From a virus (Duplodnaviria > Caudoviricetes): 62,426 bases of DNA. A program made the position numbers and the translations under genes. Of the stretch, positions 20,756-31,204 are shown one piece after another. The notes under the pieces were generated by a model. It was not told where the DNA came from, ran no database searches, and worked only from the letters and a program-made list of their open reading frames with translations. How positions within the stretch are numbered: the stretch's first letter is position 1; the number at the start of each line of letters is the position of its first letter. Location of the stretch: IMG/VR virus record IMGVR_UViG_3300005805_000090, positions 1-62,426 of that record; one strand, written 5' to 3'.

Positions 20756-23700
20756 TCCCTGTAAAATAACCTTTAAGAAAACCAAGGACGGAAAGGCAAA
20801 GGAGTATACCTATGCCGAGTTCATGACCGCCTTGCAAGATGGCTTATTTCAAGAGCTTGTAGACTCTGGGGTTTTGAATGCAAACAAAATTCCAGGAAAC
20901 CCATTTGAGACTAAGGCTCCAGAACCAAAGGCTGGGAAAGTAAAAGAGCGTGGTTTTGTTAAGTCGGTAAAAGATAACGAAGAAATCCCGGACAGTGTAA
21001 AAGACGCATTCTCTGGAGACCGTATTAACTACGAGGTTCTTCCAAATGATATATCAGTAAATACCGCCAATGAAATTATAAAGTCGGTTGGTATAGATGA
21101 AGCTGAAAAGATTGCTCTTACCGGAAGCAAGAATATGCCTACGGCATTTAGAATAACGCTTGCCCAGGTTCTTATTAAGAAATTTTCAGCAAACGGAGAA
21201 ACTCAACGTGCAGTTGAACTTGTTGAGAATATTGCGGAACTAGCCACTGATTATGGTCAGGCTATTCAGGCACTTTCGTTATTTGCTCGACTGACTCCGG
21301 AGGGGGCTGTGCTTGCTGTGACCCGTCAGATCAAGAAGTCTCGCGAAAAGACACTTAAGAAATACAAGTCTGACGTCAAGTCAATTAAGAATGAGTTGAA
21401 CTCTATCAATAAAAATGCGGCTAATGAGGTTGCTAAAATTGTAGAGAAGGAAGCAGAAAAAACTACGGCTACCGTTAAGATGCCTAAACGTCCAGCAGCA
21501 TACGGTTCCAAGAATAAAATTGTAACCAAGGAAAGATATGAGAAGGCTCGTCAGAGTCTGAAGGGAAAGATGTTCAGTACAGTCGCTCCTCCACCTGAAT
21601 TGGTTGAGGTTGCGATGTTTCACATTGAGGCTGGGGCTAGAAACTTCGCCGACTTTGCCAAGCGCATGGTTGAAGACTTTGGAGACAAGGTTTCAGAATA
21701 CTTGCAGCCTAGTTACGATGCTGCTATTGATCAGCTAAATGCTGATGCCAAGCAAAAGCAAATTGACAAAGACGTAAAAAGATTCGGATCCTTGATGTCC
21801 GAACAGTTGCCTCGTCAGACCGATAGAAGATCAAAGGTAGAAAAGCTCAAGGAGCTTGCCGATGCCATTGACTCACAGACCGGGAATGACGCATTCAATC
21901 AGTTGCTCAATGACTACAAGGCCATTCTGGCTCAAGAGCAATTAGATAAGGACGCTGCTAAGGCCCAAAAAAAAATAGATAGGCTCGTTGCTTACATGGG
22001 TGCAGAAGCCGGTGTTAAGAAGGGCTTGAAGGAGATGAATGTAAAGATTAGCGACCTAATCAAAAAGCATTACTCCGAAGTAAACGCAACCCGTGAAGAT
22101 TTAATAGACAAGTTTGTGAATGAGGCTGGGCTGACCGGTGCTGAAGCAGACGCATTGGCTCAGAAAGTACAGACAGAGTTTGATAAGATAGTAAAAGAAA
22201 GAAAGGAAAGTGCGATCAAGCGATATATGCCTAGACAAGGTGATCCAAAGAAGAAGAAGGAGGCGTTCGAAAAACTTGTTGAAGCATCTAACCTTGGCGC
22301 TGTAGATGAGGCTATGGTAAATGATGCCCTTGCCGAGTCTCTGGGCATTGAAGGGTTGTCGGCTGAAGACGCTAAGAACATTCAGGACCTAGCCAATAAA
22401 GTGCAGGAAGCTAAAACTGAAAGGGAGGAACTACGCGCCATTCAAGATCTTTTGACTTATCAAGAAAACTTAAACGGTTTCTCATGGTTTGATGTAACCC
22501 AAGCGGTGTGGATGGCAAGCATTCTTTCGGGTTGGAAAACACAGACTATCAACGCAATTGCTAACTTGTACAATACGGGAGCCTTATTTGTGAATGCGTC
22601 TTTGCAGCGCAACTCAAGCAGGAGATTGCTTGCTAAAGGTTTGGCGGTGGGATGGAAGCGTGGATTCTTTGAAGGATTAGACACCCTAAAGACGGGTTAT
22701 AGCCCACTCCGCGACAAGTCTGAGACGCCCACAATTCTAGAGCGTGTAAACTTCAAGGGTGGTAAGTTCAATCCAGCTAACTACGCTAAGTACGTTCGTC
22801 GTATTATGACTGCTGTTGATGTGGTAGCTTTTGAAGGCCTTCGTCAAATGCGTTCATTCCAAATGGCCTATAAGAAAGCTGCTACCGAAAATGAGGGTAT
22901 GTCTCGCAAGAATCTTAGAGATAAGACTCTTGAGATATTGAATCGTAATGACGAAACGAAAAACAACGCGATTGAACAAGCTAAAAAGGAACGTCAGAAG
23001 ACAGAGAAAGAACTGCAAGATAAACTTACAAGCGGAGAGATAACAAAGGAGGAGTTCAAGGAGCAAATGGACTTTGCTAAAACCGATGAACGATTCCGAA
23101 TCCACGAATTGCTTGAGCAAGGTCGCCCAGAAGAGATAATGCAGGAAGCAAAAGATTTTGCTGCAAGAGGTACATTCAACCACCAGCCTAACGGTTTGCT
23201 TGGTATGCTTTCTACTTACATGAATTCAGCATCTAGAGATTTTCCACCGATTAAATTTGTGATACCATTCGTTAATGTGATTTCAAACGTAGCAAACGAA
23301 ACGCTGAACTATACGCCTGTAGGATTTGTAAGAGGCGTAAGAGAGGGCGGGACTATAACCGGACTCAAGCCGCAGCGGGACTGGGACGAGCAGAAACGCA
23401 CAGAGCTAATGATCAAGGCCACCATGGGTACAGCTTTGATGGCTACTGTTTATCTGCTCACAAAGTTAAAAGACGACGACGATGAACCTATTCTAGAGGT
23501 GACCACTAATGGATTTGGAAACTACACAAAGAATAAAGAGCTTGCGGAAACGGGATGGCAGCAGTATTCATTGAGAATCAAAAACCCGGTTACGGGCGAG
23601 TATTCTTCATGGATGTCTTATAGATCAAGCCCATTCATGGTAGGGTTATCTTTTATTGGAGGATTGAATGATGCTGAGAAATATAAAGGAGAAGATATAT

Positions 23701-24434
23701 CTACCGATGGATACGCTAAGATGGGTGTAGCTGCTACAGGTCTTATGAGATCATTCCTTGACCAGACATTTTTATCAAGCGGCGAAGAGTTCTTGTCATC
23801 TATCTTTGACGAAAGGGATGAGAATTTGGTAGACAATTTCGCGCAGTCACTTGTTAAAACAGCAACCGCCATCGCATTACCAAATTTTTATACTCAAACG
23901 GCACAGAAGATTTCTGATATAATGGACATTCCTCAAAAGGAAATCCGCGAGACTTACCTTGGAAGATTACTCCGCGATGTACCTGTGGCTAGAGACCAAT
24001 ATAAAAACATGATTAATGCTCTCGGAGACGAGATTGATTATGATACAGACTTGTTGATGAGCGGCGAGAAAGGCAAGCCAGAAGATAAACTTTGGAACCT
24101 TGTAATTAGTAAGAAGCAAACTATTGGAACTACTACTGCTCCAGAAACTTATGTAGATAAAAACAATAAAGAGGTGCAGGTAACAGATGACCAGGGCTAT
24201 CAGTTTGCTAAAGTACGTGGCTTATATATAAAAAGGGTTCTTGAGCAAAATTACGACTCATTGCTGAAAATGGATAACGACAAGTTTGCGGAATATTTGA
24301 AGAACGTAAAGACTGAAGCAACTAATCTTGCTAAAACATCTTTCACTGTAAGCAAGAGCGATTTAGATAAAAAGATTCAGAAAGAATTACGATCACAAAA
24401 GTCACAAATAGAGAAGATTCAAAGAAAAAAATAA
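20748..24434 (+). CDS. Large internal virion / ejection protein
   Basis: 1228 aa; helical, AARGTF...IPFVNVISN and hydrophobic C-terminal half typical of the last ejectosome protein. Confidence 0.6.
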   Translation: MANPCKITFKKTKDGKAKEYTYAEFMTALQDGLFQELVDSGVLNANKIPGNPFETKAPEPKAGKVKERGFVKSVKDNEEIPDSVKDAFSGDRINYEVLPNDISVNTANEIIKSVGIDEAEKIALTGSKNMPTAFRITLAQVLIKKFSANGETQRAVELVENIAELATDYGQAIQALSLFARLTPEGAVLAVTRQIKKSREKTLKKYKSDVKSIKNELNSINKNAANEVAKIVEKEAEKTTATVKMPKRPAAYGSKNKIVTKERYEKARQSLKGKMFSTVAPPPELVEVAMFHIEAGARNFADFAKRMVEDFGDKVSEYLQPSYDAAIDQLNADAKQKQIDKDVKRFGSLMSEQLPRQTDRRSKVEKLKELADAIDSQTGNDAFNQLLNDYKAILAQEQLDKDAAKAQKKIDRLVAYMGAEAGVKKGLKEMNVKISDLIKKHYSEVNATREDLIDKFVNEAGLTGAEADALAQKVQTEFDKIVKERKESAIKRYMPRQGDPKKKKEAFEKLVEASNLGAVDEAMVNDALAESLGIEGLSAEDAKNIQDLANKVQEAKTEREELRAIQDLLTYQENLNGFSWFDVTQAVWMASILSGWKTQTINAIANLYNTGALFVNASLQRNSSRRLLAKGLAVGWKRGFFEGLDTLKTGYSPLRDKSETPTILERVNFKGGKFNPANYAKYVRRIMTAVDVVAFEGLRQMRSFQMAYKKAATENEGMSRKNLRDKTLEILNRNDETKNNAIEQAKKERQKTEKELQDKLTSGEITKEEFKEQMDFAKTDERFRIHELLEQGRPEEIMQEAKDFAARGTFNHQPNGLLGMLSTYMNSASRDFPPIKFVIPFVNVISNVANETLNYTPVGFVRGVREGGTITGLKPQRDWDEQKRTELMIKATMGTALMATVYLLTKLKDDDDEPILEVTTNGFGNYTKNKELAETGWQQYSLRIKNPVTGEYSSWMSYRSSPFMVGLSFIGGLNDAEKYKGEDISTDGYAKMGVAATGLMRSFLDQTFLSSGEEFLSSIFDERDENLVDNFAQSLVKTATAIALPNFYTQTAQKISDIMDIPQKEIRETYLGRLLRDVPVARDQYKNMINALGDEIDYDTDLLMSGEKGKPEDKLWNLVISKKQTIGTTTAPETYVDKNNKEVQVTDDQGYQFAKVRGLYIKRVLEQNYDSLLKMDNDKFAEYLKNVKTEATNLAKTSFTVSKSDLDKKIQKELRSQKSQIEKIQRKK

Positions 24435-24452
24435 ACTATATTTGTATCTCCA

Positions 24453-24668
24453 ATGCACAATGACATCAGCCATACAGATATGACAGGACACGGATATGTA
24501 GACGGGGCAGCGTCGGTTTTATTGACCACATTTGCCACCGTGTTGTCCTGGCAGGAGCAGGCCGAATGGGCGTTCCGCATCTCGTCGTTGATTCTTGCCT
24601 GCACGGTGTCTGTTGTAGTCCTCTACGGACACTATAAGAAGTCTAAGAGAAAGACTCGTTCTCACTAA
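24453..24668 (+). CDS. Small two-TM holin-like protein
   Basis: Two hydrophobic segments and a basic C-tail; own TATATTTG promoter at 24437-24444. Confidence 0.5.
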   Translation: MHNDISHTDMTGHGYVDGAASVLLTTFATVLSWQEQAEWAFRISSLILACTVSVVVLYGHYKKSKRKTRSH

Positions 24669-24699
24669 AATTCTCCCTTCTGTAATTGTATACCTTCTG

Positions 24700-24772
24700 A
24701 AAACACAGAGGGCGGTGATCAGCCCGCCCTCAAAGTTCTCGTCTCCCGACTGCACTGATGTGCGCGAACTTG
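24700..24772 (-). ncRNA. Putative small structured RNA
   Basis: Minus-strand TATATTTG promoter (24778-24785), small hairpins, then a GAGGGCGG/CCGCCCTC terminator-like stem. Confidence 0.35.
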
Positions 24773-24887
24773 CAATGCAAATATATAAAATTTATTAATT
24801 AATGCAAAATAATTTGCACAATCTGTTTTGAGTATATAAATTCGCCCCGGTTTTGGTAATAAATAGTGTTAGTGATTATTGTTGGTT

Positions 24888-24917
24888 AACCCAGGCAACG
24901 GCTTGGGTTTTCTTTTT
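24888..24917 (+). terminator. Intrinsic terminator closing a short (~65-nt) transcript
   Basis: AACCCAG..CTTGGGTT stem plus T-tract; TTTG-N20-TAAATTCG promoter-like site at 24813-24844. Confidence 0.55.
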
Positions 24918-24941
24918 ATATTTGCATTCTAACGAAACGAT

Positions 24942-25589
24942 ATGATTGAATTGAAAATAGCGGACCCTACCCCGCATGAATTAGGAGAATATAGGACACT
25001 AATTAAGGAACTAAAAGACAAGTTCCCCGACGCGCAGGTAATGGTTGACCGTGGATGTTCGGACTACGCAATTAGTACCACATCAATATGGATAGATAAT
25101 GATAAACGTACAGACTCGCACTCCGCAATTTACCCCTCGGTTCCCAACAGGGGGACGGCGCAAATCAAGGCAGACATTCTCGCCCTTACCTTCGCTATGC
25201 GTCAACTTGGGTTTGATATCAAGTTCTTGGACAGCGATCCAATCATTCGCGAGAAGGTTACAATAACCCGCGGGAGGCTTGACGGCTGCGTTTCACTTCG
25301 TCAGTTAGTCGAACTGCTTGAAGATGCCAACCACGAAAAGCTCGACGAAGTAAAGGTGATGATAGAGAACAAGCGCAAGAACGGAGGCCGTCCAAGCAAG
25401 AAGTCGGTGATTGACTTTATATTTTCAGGGGCTAAGGAGGAAAAACGGGCGCAGCCTGTACGAACCGGGGCAGAGTGGGCGCGAGTCAAGATGGAGTGGC
25501 GTGATAAATTCTCTTCCTCTAAGTATGCGAAAATGTACAAAAGTCTCGACGAATTTTGTACCTTCGCGACTGAAGAAGAATGTAAATAA
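24942..25589 (+). CDS. Hypothetical protein
   Basis: 215-aa ORF with TATATTTG promoter at 24917-24924; coupled to the tail fibre gene. Confidence 0.6.
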   Translation: MIELKIADPTPHELGEYRTLIKELKDKFPDAQVMVDRGCSDYAISTTSIWIDNDKRTDSHSAIYPSVPNRGTAQIKADILALTFAMRQLGFDIKFLDSDPIIREKVTITRGRLDGCVSLRQLVELLEDANHEKLDEVKVMIENKRKNGGRPSKKSVIDFIFSGAKEEKRAQPVRTGAEWARVKMEWRDKFSSSKYAKMYKSLDEFCTFATEEECK

Positions 25590-28500
25590 TGGCTACTCAA
25601 ACAATTACTAAGATTCAGGTAGAGGGCAACGATGTAGTATCGTTTTTAAACGGCACTGACTATGTTCGTAGTATGAGTCAGATTCTCCCGCAGAGTCCGA
25701 CCTATATCTCGTACCAGTACGATACGATAACTATTTCGCAGGTGGGTGGAGATTCATTCCCATTCACCATTTATTCAATAACAAATGTTGGGGGCAATTC
25801 ATTTCCTGCATACAACTTCCAGACTCCGGCGGCAGACGTACAGAGTAAGACCGTTGAGATTTACAAACTTCTTGCAACGTCTATATTCAAAGGGTGTTGC
25901 GAGTGTGGGAATACAGAGCCAGAATGTTCGATTCAGTACACGTATGGTGACGACCCTGCTGTTGCTGGCTCGTTTAAATATTCAGGCGGTATTATCTCTT
26001 TTAATTACATTACAGGAAACAATCAGGACTTTACTGGTTTTTTCCCCATTATTCAAGACGGGTCGTGGGTTTTTATATTTAGCAAAACAGACCCAACAGT
26101 TTACGCGGTAATTCAATTAAGCAATTTTACGGATGCTACGACCCATGCTCAATTCGATGCTATCGAACTAAATGGTAACGGGCTTCCGTTTGTTGCAGGT
26201 ACACAGTTTTGTTTGGACTTTACAAGCGTTGGCGGCTCGCTCGTACAGGGTTGGCAGGACACGTTGAATATAAATTCCACTCTCAATCAAGACAACACGA
26301 TTGATGGTGGGGGTTATGACCTTCTTTTCGATAATAATAATTCGTTTATCGCTAACTCGCCATACGGATCGATTGAAACAAATTCATCAGGAACTTCATT
26401 AAACTCAGGCTCTCAACAGGTCGCTGTAACTTCTAGTTATGTTGACATAATTACACCGGGCCACGGCACAGCTTCCGCAGGATGGGCGCTTACACTTGAT
26501 GGTTCGGGACACGTTGAATACACTCCTGTTGGCACAGGCACTGTAGAGTCGGTAGACTTATCGATGCCATCAGCATTTACGGTAAGCAACAATCCTGTTA
26601 CCACATCGGGAACTTTAACAGTCACAGGGGCGGGAACGTCATCAGACTATATTGACGGGACCGGAGCGTTGCAGACCTTTCCAACGATACCAAGCCCACA
26701 AGGATTGCAGGATGTGATAACCGAAGACCCGGTTTTAACTACAAACAATACAGTTCAAGTAGGGGCTAATAATTTTGCTATTTTAGGTCAATCTGGCAAT
26801 ATTAATGCAGCATTAGAACTTACTCCTGGTAATGCAACTTTCGGAGCGGGGACGCTAATTCCTGTTCCATTTTCAAGCACTGGCGCTCAAGTTAAATTTG
26901 ATGGATTAAAAGGTTATTTAGAAGGTTCTGATTTTAATACCGGTAATTATGTAGCGGTACGTGTAGACGGTGGGAATAATCAATTGCAATTGGTTACTCC
27001 AAATGTAAACCTCAGTTCGGCTACAAATGGCCAAGTGTTGACATTAGTCAATCAGGCAACAGGCGCTGTTGAGTTTACTACAGTTAGCAGCACCCCATCT
27101 CCCCTAACCACAAAAGGTGACTTATATACTTATAGCACGACGGATGATCGCCTTCCTGTTGGGGCAGACGGTCAGTCGTTGTTTGCCGATAGCACAACGG
27201 CTACTGGACTAACCTGGCAAAACTTGACAGGCGTAAATGGATTGAGCAATAGTGGGCCATATAGTTTTAAGTTAGGCGGCACTTTAATTGAAGACACTAC
27301 AATAGATGGTGACAACAATACTTATTCTGTAGCTTTTGATGATCTATTTAAGTTAACAGGATTTACATCAAATTACACCGAGCTTGTCTCTAGTGTGTCT
27401 GGAGGAACAAACGGTCCGTGGCAAACATTTAATAGTTGGACGGGTCAAACGACTTGGGATATTAATTCGGTCGGGGTTACAGGGCCTATACCAGCATCTT
27501 GGATAACCGTAGGAACAACAATAACAGGCCCTGCTGGAGGAAATGTAATATCGTGTGTAGTAACCGCATTTGACCCTGTTACTGGAGATGTAACTACTGA
27601 CGTTGGTCTTGATTATTCAAATGTATCTCCAGCTCCTTTCACTATTGATTTATCTTTTACCACATTAGGTACCACTGCTAAACTAGTTTTAGATAGTGTG
27701 GGAAATGATCTTTTAGTTCCTGGTTTTTCTTTGACTGCATTAGACAATAGCCTTTCTGCATCTAACAGAGTTGGGATTGAATCATTATACAACATAACAT
27801 CTGGATCGCAAAAACTATCAATTAGAACAGAGGATTATTCAACTGCATCTACAGGAGATGTTTTAACATTACAGGCTGATGGAACCGTGGAATATCAAAC
27901 CCCTTCTACTGGAAGTGGAATTAAATATGGAACAGCTTCAGGTACAAATACTTATACTGTCACTATATCAGGGGTAACGGGGTACACGGATGGAGATACA
28001 TATGTCATCAAGTTTACTAGTGGGAATGATGATGACTCAACCATAAACATTAACGGATATGGAGCTAAGCTACTAACTAAAGAATTCAATGTTCAGCTTA
28101 CTGGGGGAGATATTGTATCGGGGCAAGAGTTGATTATTATCTATGATGGGACTAACTTCCAAACTCTTGGGGTAGCCCCTAACCAACTATTTGCCTACGT
28201 AACTAACGATGACTCAGTTACTATAAATAAAGGGGAGCCTGTGTATGCATACAGCTCTGCTGGGAACAGGATGAGTGTTAAACTTGCTAGCAACACACAA
28301 GATTCTACATCAGCACAGACAGTTGGGGTAGTATTCTCTACATCTATAGCAGCAGGACAGAAAGGGTTTATCATTACCCAAGGAGTTATATCTGGTTTAG
28401 ATACTTCAGCTTACTCAGCTGGGGCTCAGTTGTACTTAGGGGCAACAGCAGGAACACTTACTAGCACTAAACCATATGCCCCAAATCACCTTGTATATAT

Positions 28501-29362
28501 CGGGATAGTAGAGAGATCAAATGCAGGGAATGGGCAGATCTACATCAAACCACAGAATGGTTATGAGTTAGATGAGCTACACGATGTAGATCTAAATAGT
28601 GTAGGAAACACCCCATCAAATAACGACGTACTCACTTATATTACGGGGACAAATAACCTTTGGAAACCTAGAAGTATAACTACAATCCTTGGCTACACCC
28701 CAGTAACCAATGCGCGGACAATATCCACCACATCCCCATTGTCGGGGGGCGGGGACCTAACAGCTGATAGAACATTAAGCATAGCTGATGCAGTTGCAGA
28801 TGGGGCAACAAAAGGTGCTGCTGCTTTTACTGCTTCCGATTTTAATAGTTCAAGTGGAGTTATTTCACTGGACTACACGAACGGGCAGAAAGCAAGTGCA
28901 TTACAGCCGGGCTTTTTAAGTGCTTCAGATTTTTCTCTTTTAAATAGAGATACGTTCACAATACGTATGAACTGGGCAACTTATTCATTAGCGGATGCTA
29001 CTACATATTATTTTGCTGAATCAGCTGCTTCATTAACAAGCTCTGCTACTTTATATCTCTATAAATTCCCATTCGATTGTAAGCTCGTAGGCGCTTCCAT
29101 TTATTCAATGAATGGCACAAATAACGCTTCGGCAGAATCAAGTACTGTATATTTTCGATTAAATAATACAACCGATGTTTTATTGAGCAATGCAGTATCA
29201 TTTGGTGGAACAGCTCCAGTAAGTAACATTACTACTGTAACGGGATTAAGCCAAAGCATTACAGCTGGGAATACAGCAAACCTTAAGATAGTAACTGCAA
29301 ACTGGGCAACTAATCCAACAGGTGCATCTTTATTTGTATTACTTTATTTTGAACGCACATAA
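25589..29362 (+). CDS. Tail fibre / receptor-binding protein
   Basis: 1257 aa, T/S/G-rich with recurrent fibre modules (LTTKGDLY, GDVLTL, YELDELHDV, LSGGGDLTADRTLSI). Confidence 0.8.
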   Translation: MATQTITKIQVEGNDVVSFLNGTDYVRSMSQILPQSPTYISYQYDTITISQVGGDSFPFTIYSITNVGGNSFPAYNFQTPAADVQSKTVEIYKLLATSIFKGCCECGNTEPECSIQYTYGDDPAVAGSFKYSGGIISFNYITGNNQDFTGFFPIIQDGSWVFIFSKTDPTVYAVIQLSNFTDATTHAQFDAIELNGNGLPFVAGTQFCLDFTSVGGSLVQGWQDTLNINSTLNQDNTIDGGGYDLLFDNNNSFIANSPYGSIETNSSGTSLNSGSQQVAVTSSYVDIITPGHGTASAGWALTLDGSGHVEYTPVGTGTVESVDLSMPSAFTVSNNPVTTSGTLTVTGAGTSSDYIDGTGALQTFPTIPSPQGLQDVITEDPVLTTNNTVQVGANNFAILGQSGNINAALELTPGNATFGAGTLIPVPFSSTGAQVKFDGLKGYLEGSDFNTGNYVAVRVDGGNNQLQLVTPNVNLSSATNGQVLTLVNQATGAVEFTTVSSTPSPLTTKGDLYTYSTTDDRLPVGADGQSLFADSTTATGLTWQNLTGVNGLSNSGPYSFKLGGTLIEDTTIDGDNNTYSVAFDDLFKLTGFTSNYTELVSSVSGGTNGPWQTFNSWTGQTTWDINSVGVTGPIPASWITVGTTITGPAGGNVISCVVTAFDPVTGDVTTDVGLDYSNVSPAPFTIDLSFTTLGTTAKLVLDSVGNDLLVPGFSLTALDNSLSASNRVGIESLYNITSGSQKLSIRTEDYSTASTGDVLTLQADGTVEYQTPSTGSGIKYGTASGTNTYTVTISGVTGYTDGDTYVIKFTSGNDDDSTININGYGAKLLTKEFNVQLTGGDIVSGQELIIIYDGTNFQTLGVAPNQLFAYVTNDDSVTINKGEPVYAYSSAGNRMSVKLASNTQDSTSAQTVGVVFSTSIAAGQKGFIITQGVISGLDTSAYSAGAQLYLGATAGTLTSTKPYAPNHLVYIGIVERSNAGNGQIYIKPQNGYELDELHDVDLNSVGNTPSNNDVLTYITGTNNLWKPRSITTILGYTPVTNARTISTTSPLSGGGDLTADRTLSIADAVADGATKGAAAFTASDFNSSSGVISLDYTNGQKASALQPGFLSASDFSLLNRDTFTIRMNWATYSLADATTYYFAESAASLTSSATLYLYKFPFDCKLVGASIYSMNGTNNASAESSTVYFRLNNTTDVLLSNAVSFGGTAPVSNITTVTGLSQSITAGNTANLKIVTANWATNPTGASLFVLLYFERT

Positions 29363-29565
29363 TGAGAAAAGAATATCAATACAAGTTACAGGGCGATGGT
29401 CGCGATTCATGGACTGTTACCGAATTTAATGACAATGATGAAGTCATAACTCGCTATATGGTTTACGAAGATCCATCGGTTCAAATCGGCACAGCGCTCA
29501 AAGCTGTACTCTCTGCAACGCCTGAGGAAATCATAGAAATAAAGAAAATACTAAACATCCAATGA
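29362..29565 (+). CDS. Small fibre-associated / chaperone-like protein
   Basis: 67 aa, coupled directly behind the fibre gene. Confidence 0.45.
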   Translation: MRKEYQYKLQGDGRDSWTVTEFNDNDEVITRYMVYEDPSVQIGTALKAVLSATPEEIIEIKKILNIQ

Positions 29566-29954
29566 AAAAGATTTTACGCAAACTGCAACTCTTCGACGGC
29601 ATCTGGTCAATCCCAGTTGTCTTCTTCTTATTCCTCCTCGCCGGGACTTACAGCATGGAATACTTTGGCGACGGGCTGATCTCAACTGAATACATTCAGC
29701 AGGTGATTCTGTCGACTCTTATCCTAATTTTTGCTAACTTTGTGGTGTTCCTTGGTGGGTACTTCAACTTTCGCGGTTTGCAGAACTACTTTTACTCGAA
29801 GGCAGCCAAGTTAGATTTAGAATATGCATCAACACCATGGCAAAGAATTACACTATATATTGTTGTCTACTTTGGATTGCTCTTAGCTTTCCTCTTTATA
29901 CTGTGGCTGATAATGACGGCTACTGCGTCCGCGCCACTGCCGCCTCATTTGTAG
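29562..29954 (+). CDS. Holin-like membrane protein (3 TM)
   Basis: Three hydrophobic helices; overlaps the endolysin gene. Confidence 0.6.
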   Translation: MKKILRKLQLFDGIWSIPVVFFLFLLAGTYSMEYFGDGLISTEYIQQVILSTLILIFANFVVFLGGYFNFRGLQNYFYSKAAKLDLEYASTPWQRITLYIVVYFGLLLAFLFILWLIMTATASAPLPPHL

Positions 29955-30421
29955 GGGTTAAGGAGAGCGGCGGTAACAACCAAGGCTTCACAGACCGGGA
30001 TCTTCAAAATCAGCTCTATAAACAAGGATGGCGCCCAGGCTACGCTTGGTGCGCCTTTTTTGTTAAGGCAATGCTGCATGACTGCGGCGTTGACAACACC
30101 ATAACCGGTTGGAGTCCGTCGGCCTACAACACAAAGGACGTCATCTTCACTGACGGCAGGTTCTATAACTCGTTCAGGGACGGTGACGTGCTAGTTGCAA
30201 CCTTCACCTACTCTCAGTTCAGAAAAAGCCGTTTCAAGGGGATAGGCCATACAGGCATCGTAGACCGCGTTGGGGAGTATTCAATCCGCACCATCGAGGG
30301 GAACACCAACGAGCAGGGAATGCGTGACAGTCGGTCACGGGATGGGGTTTACGTCAAGATCCGTCCGCTGTCTAAAAACACCCACATAACCAGGTGGAAG
30401 AGGGCAACAGGATTCCGTTAA
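29837..30421 (+). CDS. CHAP-domain endolysin with N-terminal signal/anchor
   Basis: AWCAFFV (catalytic Cys), GHTGIV (His), TIEGNT motifs; hydrophobic N-terminus. Confidence 0.85.
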   Translation: MAKNYTIYCCLLWIALSFPLYTVADNDGYCVRATAASFVGVKESGGNNQGFTDRDLQNQLYKQGWRPGYAWCAFFVKAMLHDCGVDNTITGWSPSAYNTKDVIFTDGRFYNSFRDGDVLVATFTYSQFRKSRFKGIGHTGIVDRVGEYSIRTIEGNTNEQGMRDSRSRDGVYVKIRPLSKNTHITRWKRATGFR

Positions 30422-30453
30422 AAAAAGGGCCTCCCCGTTGGAAGGCCCTCTTT
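30420..30453. terminator. Bidirectional terminator between convergent operons
   Basis: A7-GGGCC...GGCCC-TCTTT. Confidence 0.8.
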
Positions 30454-30474
30454 AACAATAAACAACTATAACAA

Positions 30475-30891
30475 CTACAACACAAAAAAGTATAATGCTG
30501 CTGCGGAGGTGACAATGGTTGAACACTTCCAGAATATTTTCTTACGCCGCTCGGCGTTTCTTTCTTTGGTCATCAAGGCAAGCTGCTCGGACAGGAACTC
30601 AATCTCTGCCTCCTGATTGCGCCTAACTTCGTTACATAGCTTCCCGTTCTCGACCGCTAGGTCAAGGGCCTTCTGACACGCCTCTAGTTGGTCACGCATC
30701 ATCTGAATACGCTGCGAGCGGGACTCAATAGTCACCTTGTCCTGCCGAATGGTCTCGGCGGCTGAGGAGACAATCTCTTGGGCCTCTCGTGGAAGCTGCG
30801 GCGTACTAGTTGGCTGGGCGCAGACGGCCTGAACGATACTCGTTGAGAAGATAATTCCAAGAGTTAACGTATAAAGTCTTGAGCGAATCAT
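30475..30891 (-). CDS. Spanin-like protein (signal peptide, coiled coil, C-terminal TM)
   Basis: MIRSRLYTLTLGIIF... signal, coiled coil, RRKKIFWK followed by a hydrophobic tail; overlaps its partner gene. Confidence 0.55.
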   Translation of the reverse strand: MIRSRLYTLTLGIIFSTSIVQAVCAQPTSTPQLPREAQEIVSSAAETIRQDKVTIESRSQRIQMMRDQLEACQKALDLAVENGKLCNEVRRNQEAEIEFLSEQLALMTKERNAERRKKIFWKCSTIVTSAAALYFFVL

Positions 30892-31204
30892 TGGGTAACT
30901 TGGGTATTCGTGAAACAATTTTCTGTGCGTTTGCTATGCGCTCCTGTTCGATTATGAACTGCTCTTGGTCTTGTACCATGAACGAGTCGAGGGCGGCCTT
31001 TGTTTGGGTTACGATGACGAGGTTGGAGTCCATCTGCGCGATGTACTTCTCGTTGATTTCATGCAGCCTCTCGATTGCTATGGCCTCGTTCTCTGAGCTG
31101 GTGTGAAGGATCCCCATCCGGAATACCATAAAGAATACCCCGAACAGGATGGCGACACAGAGTGCAAGGATGATTAAGGTGTATATGTTTTTTGTCTTGT
31201 CCAT
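30806..31204 (-). CDS. i-spanin-like protein (N-terminal TM plus coiled coil)
   Basis: N-terminal TM, periplasmic coiled coil; TAACTTTG promoter at 31211-31218. Confidence 0.55.
   Translation of the reverse strand: MDKTKNIYTLIILALCVAILFGVFFMVFRMGILHTSSENEAIAIERLHEINEKYIAQMDSNLVIVTQTKAALDSFMVQDQEQFIIEQERIANAQKIVSRIPKLPNDSLKTLYVNSWNYLLNEYRSGRLRPAN

Noticed and set aside
567-24604. Numerous antisense ORFs within structural genes
   Set aside because: Shadow frames of long + strand genes, with no independent signals.
25589-30421. Diversity-generating retroelement or invertible tail-fibre system
   Set aside because: No reverse transcriptase, invertase or template/variable repeat pair seen.
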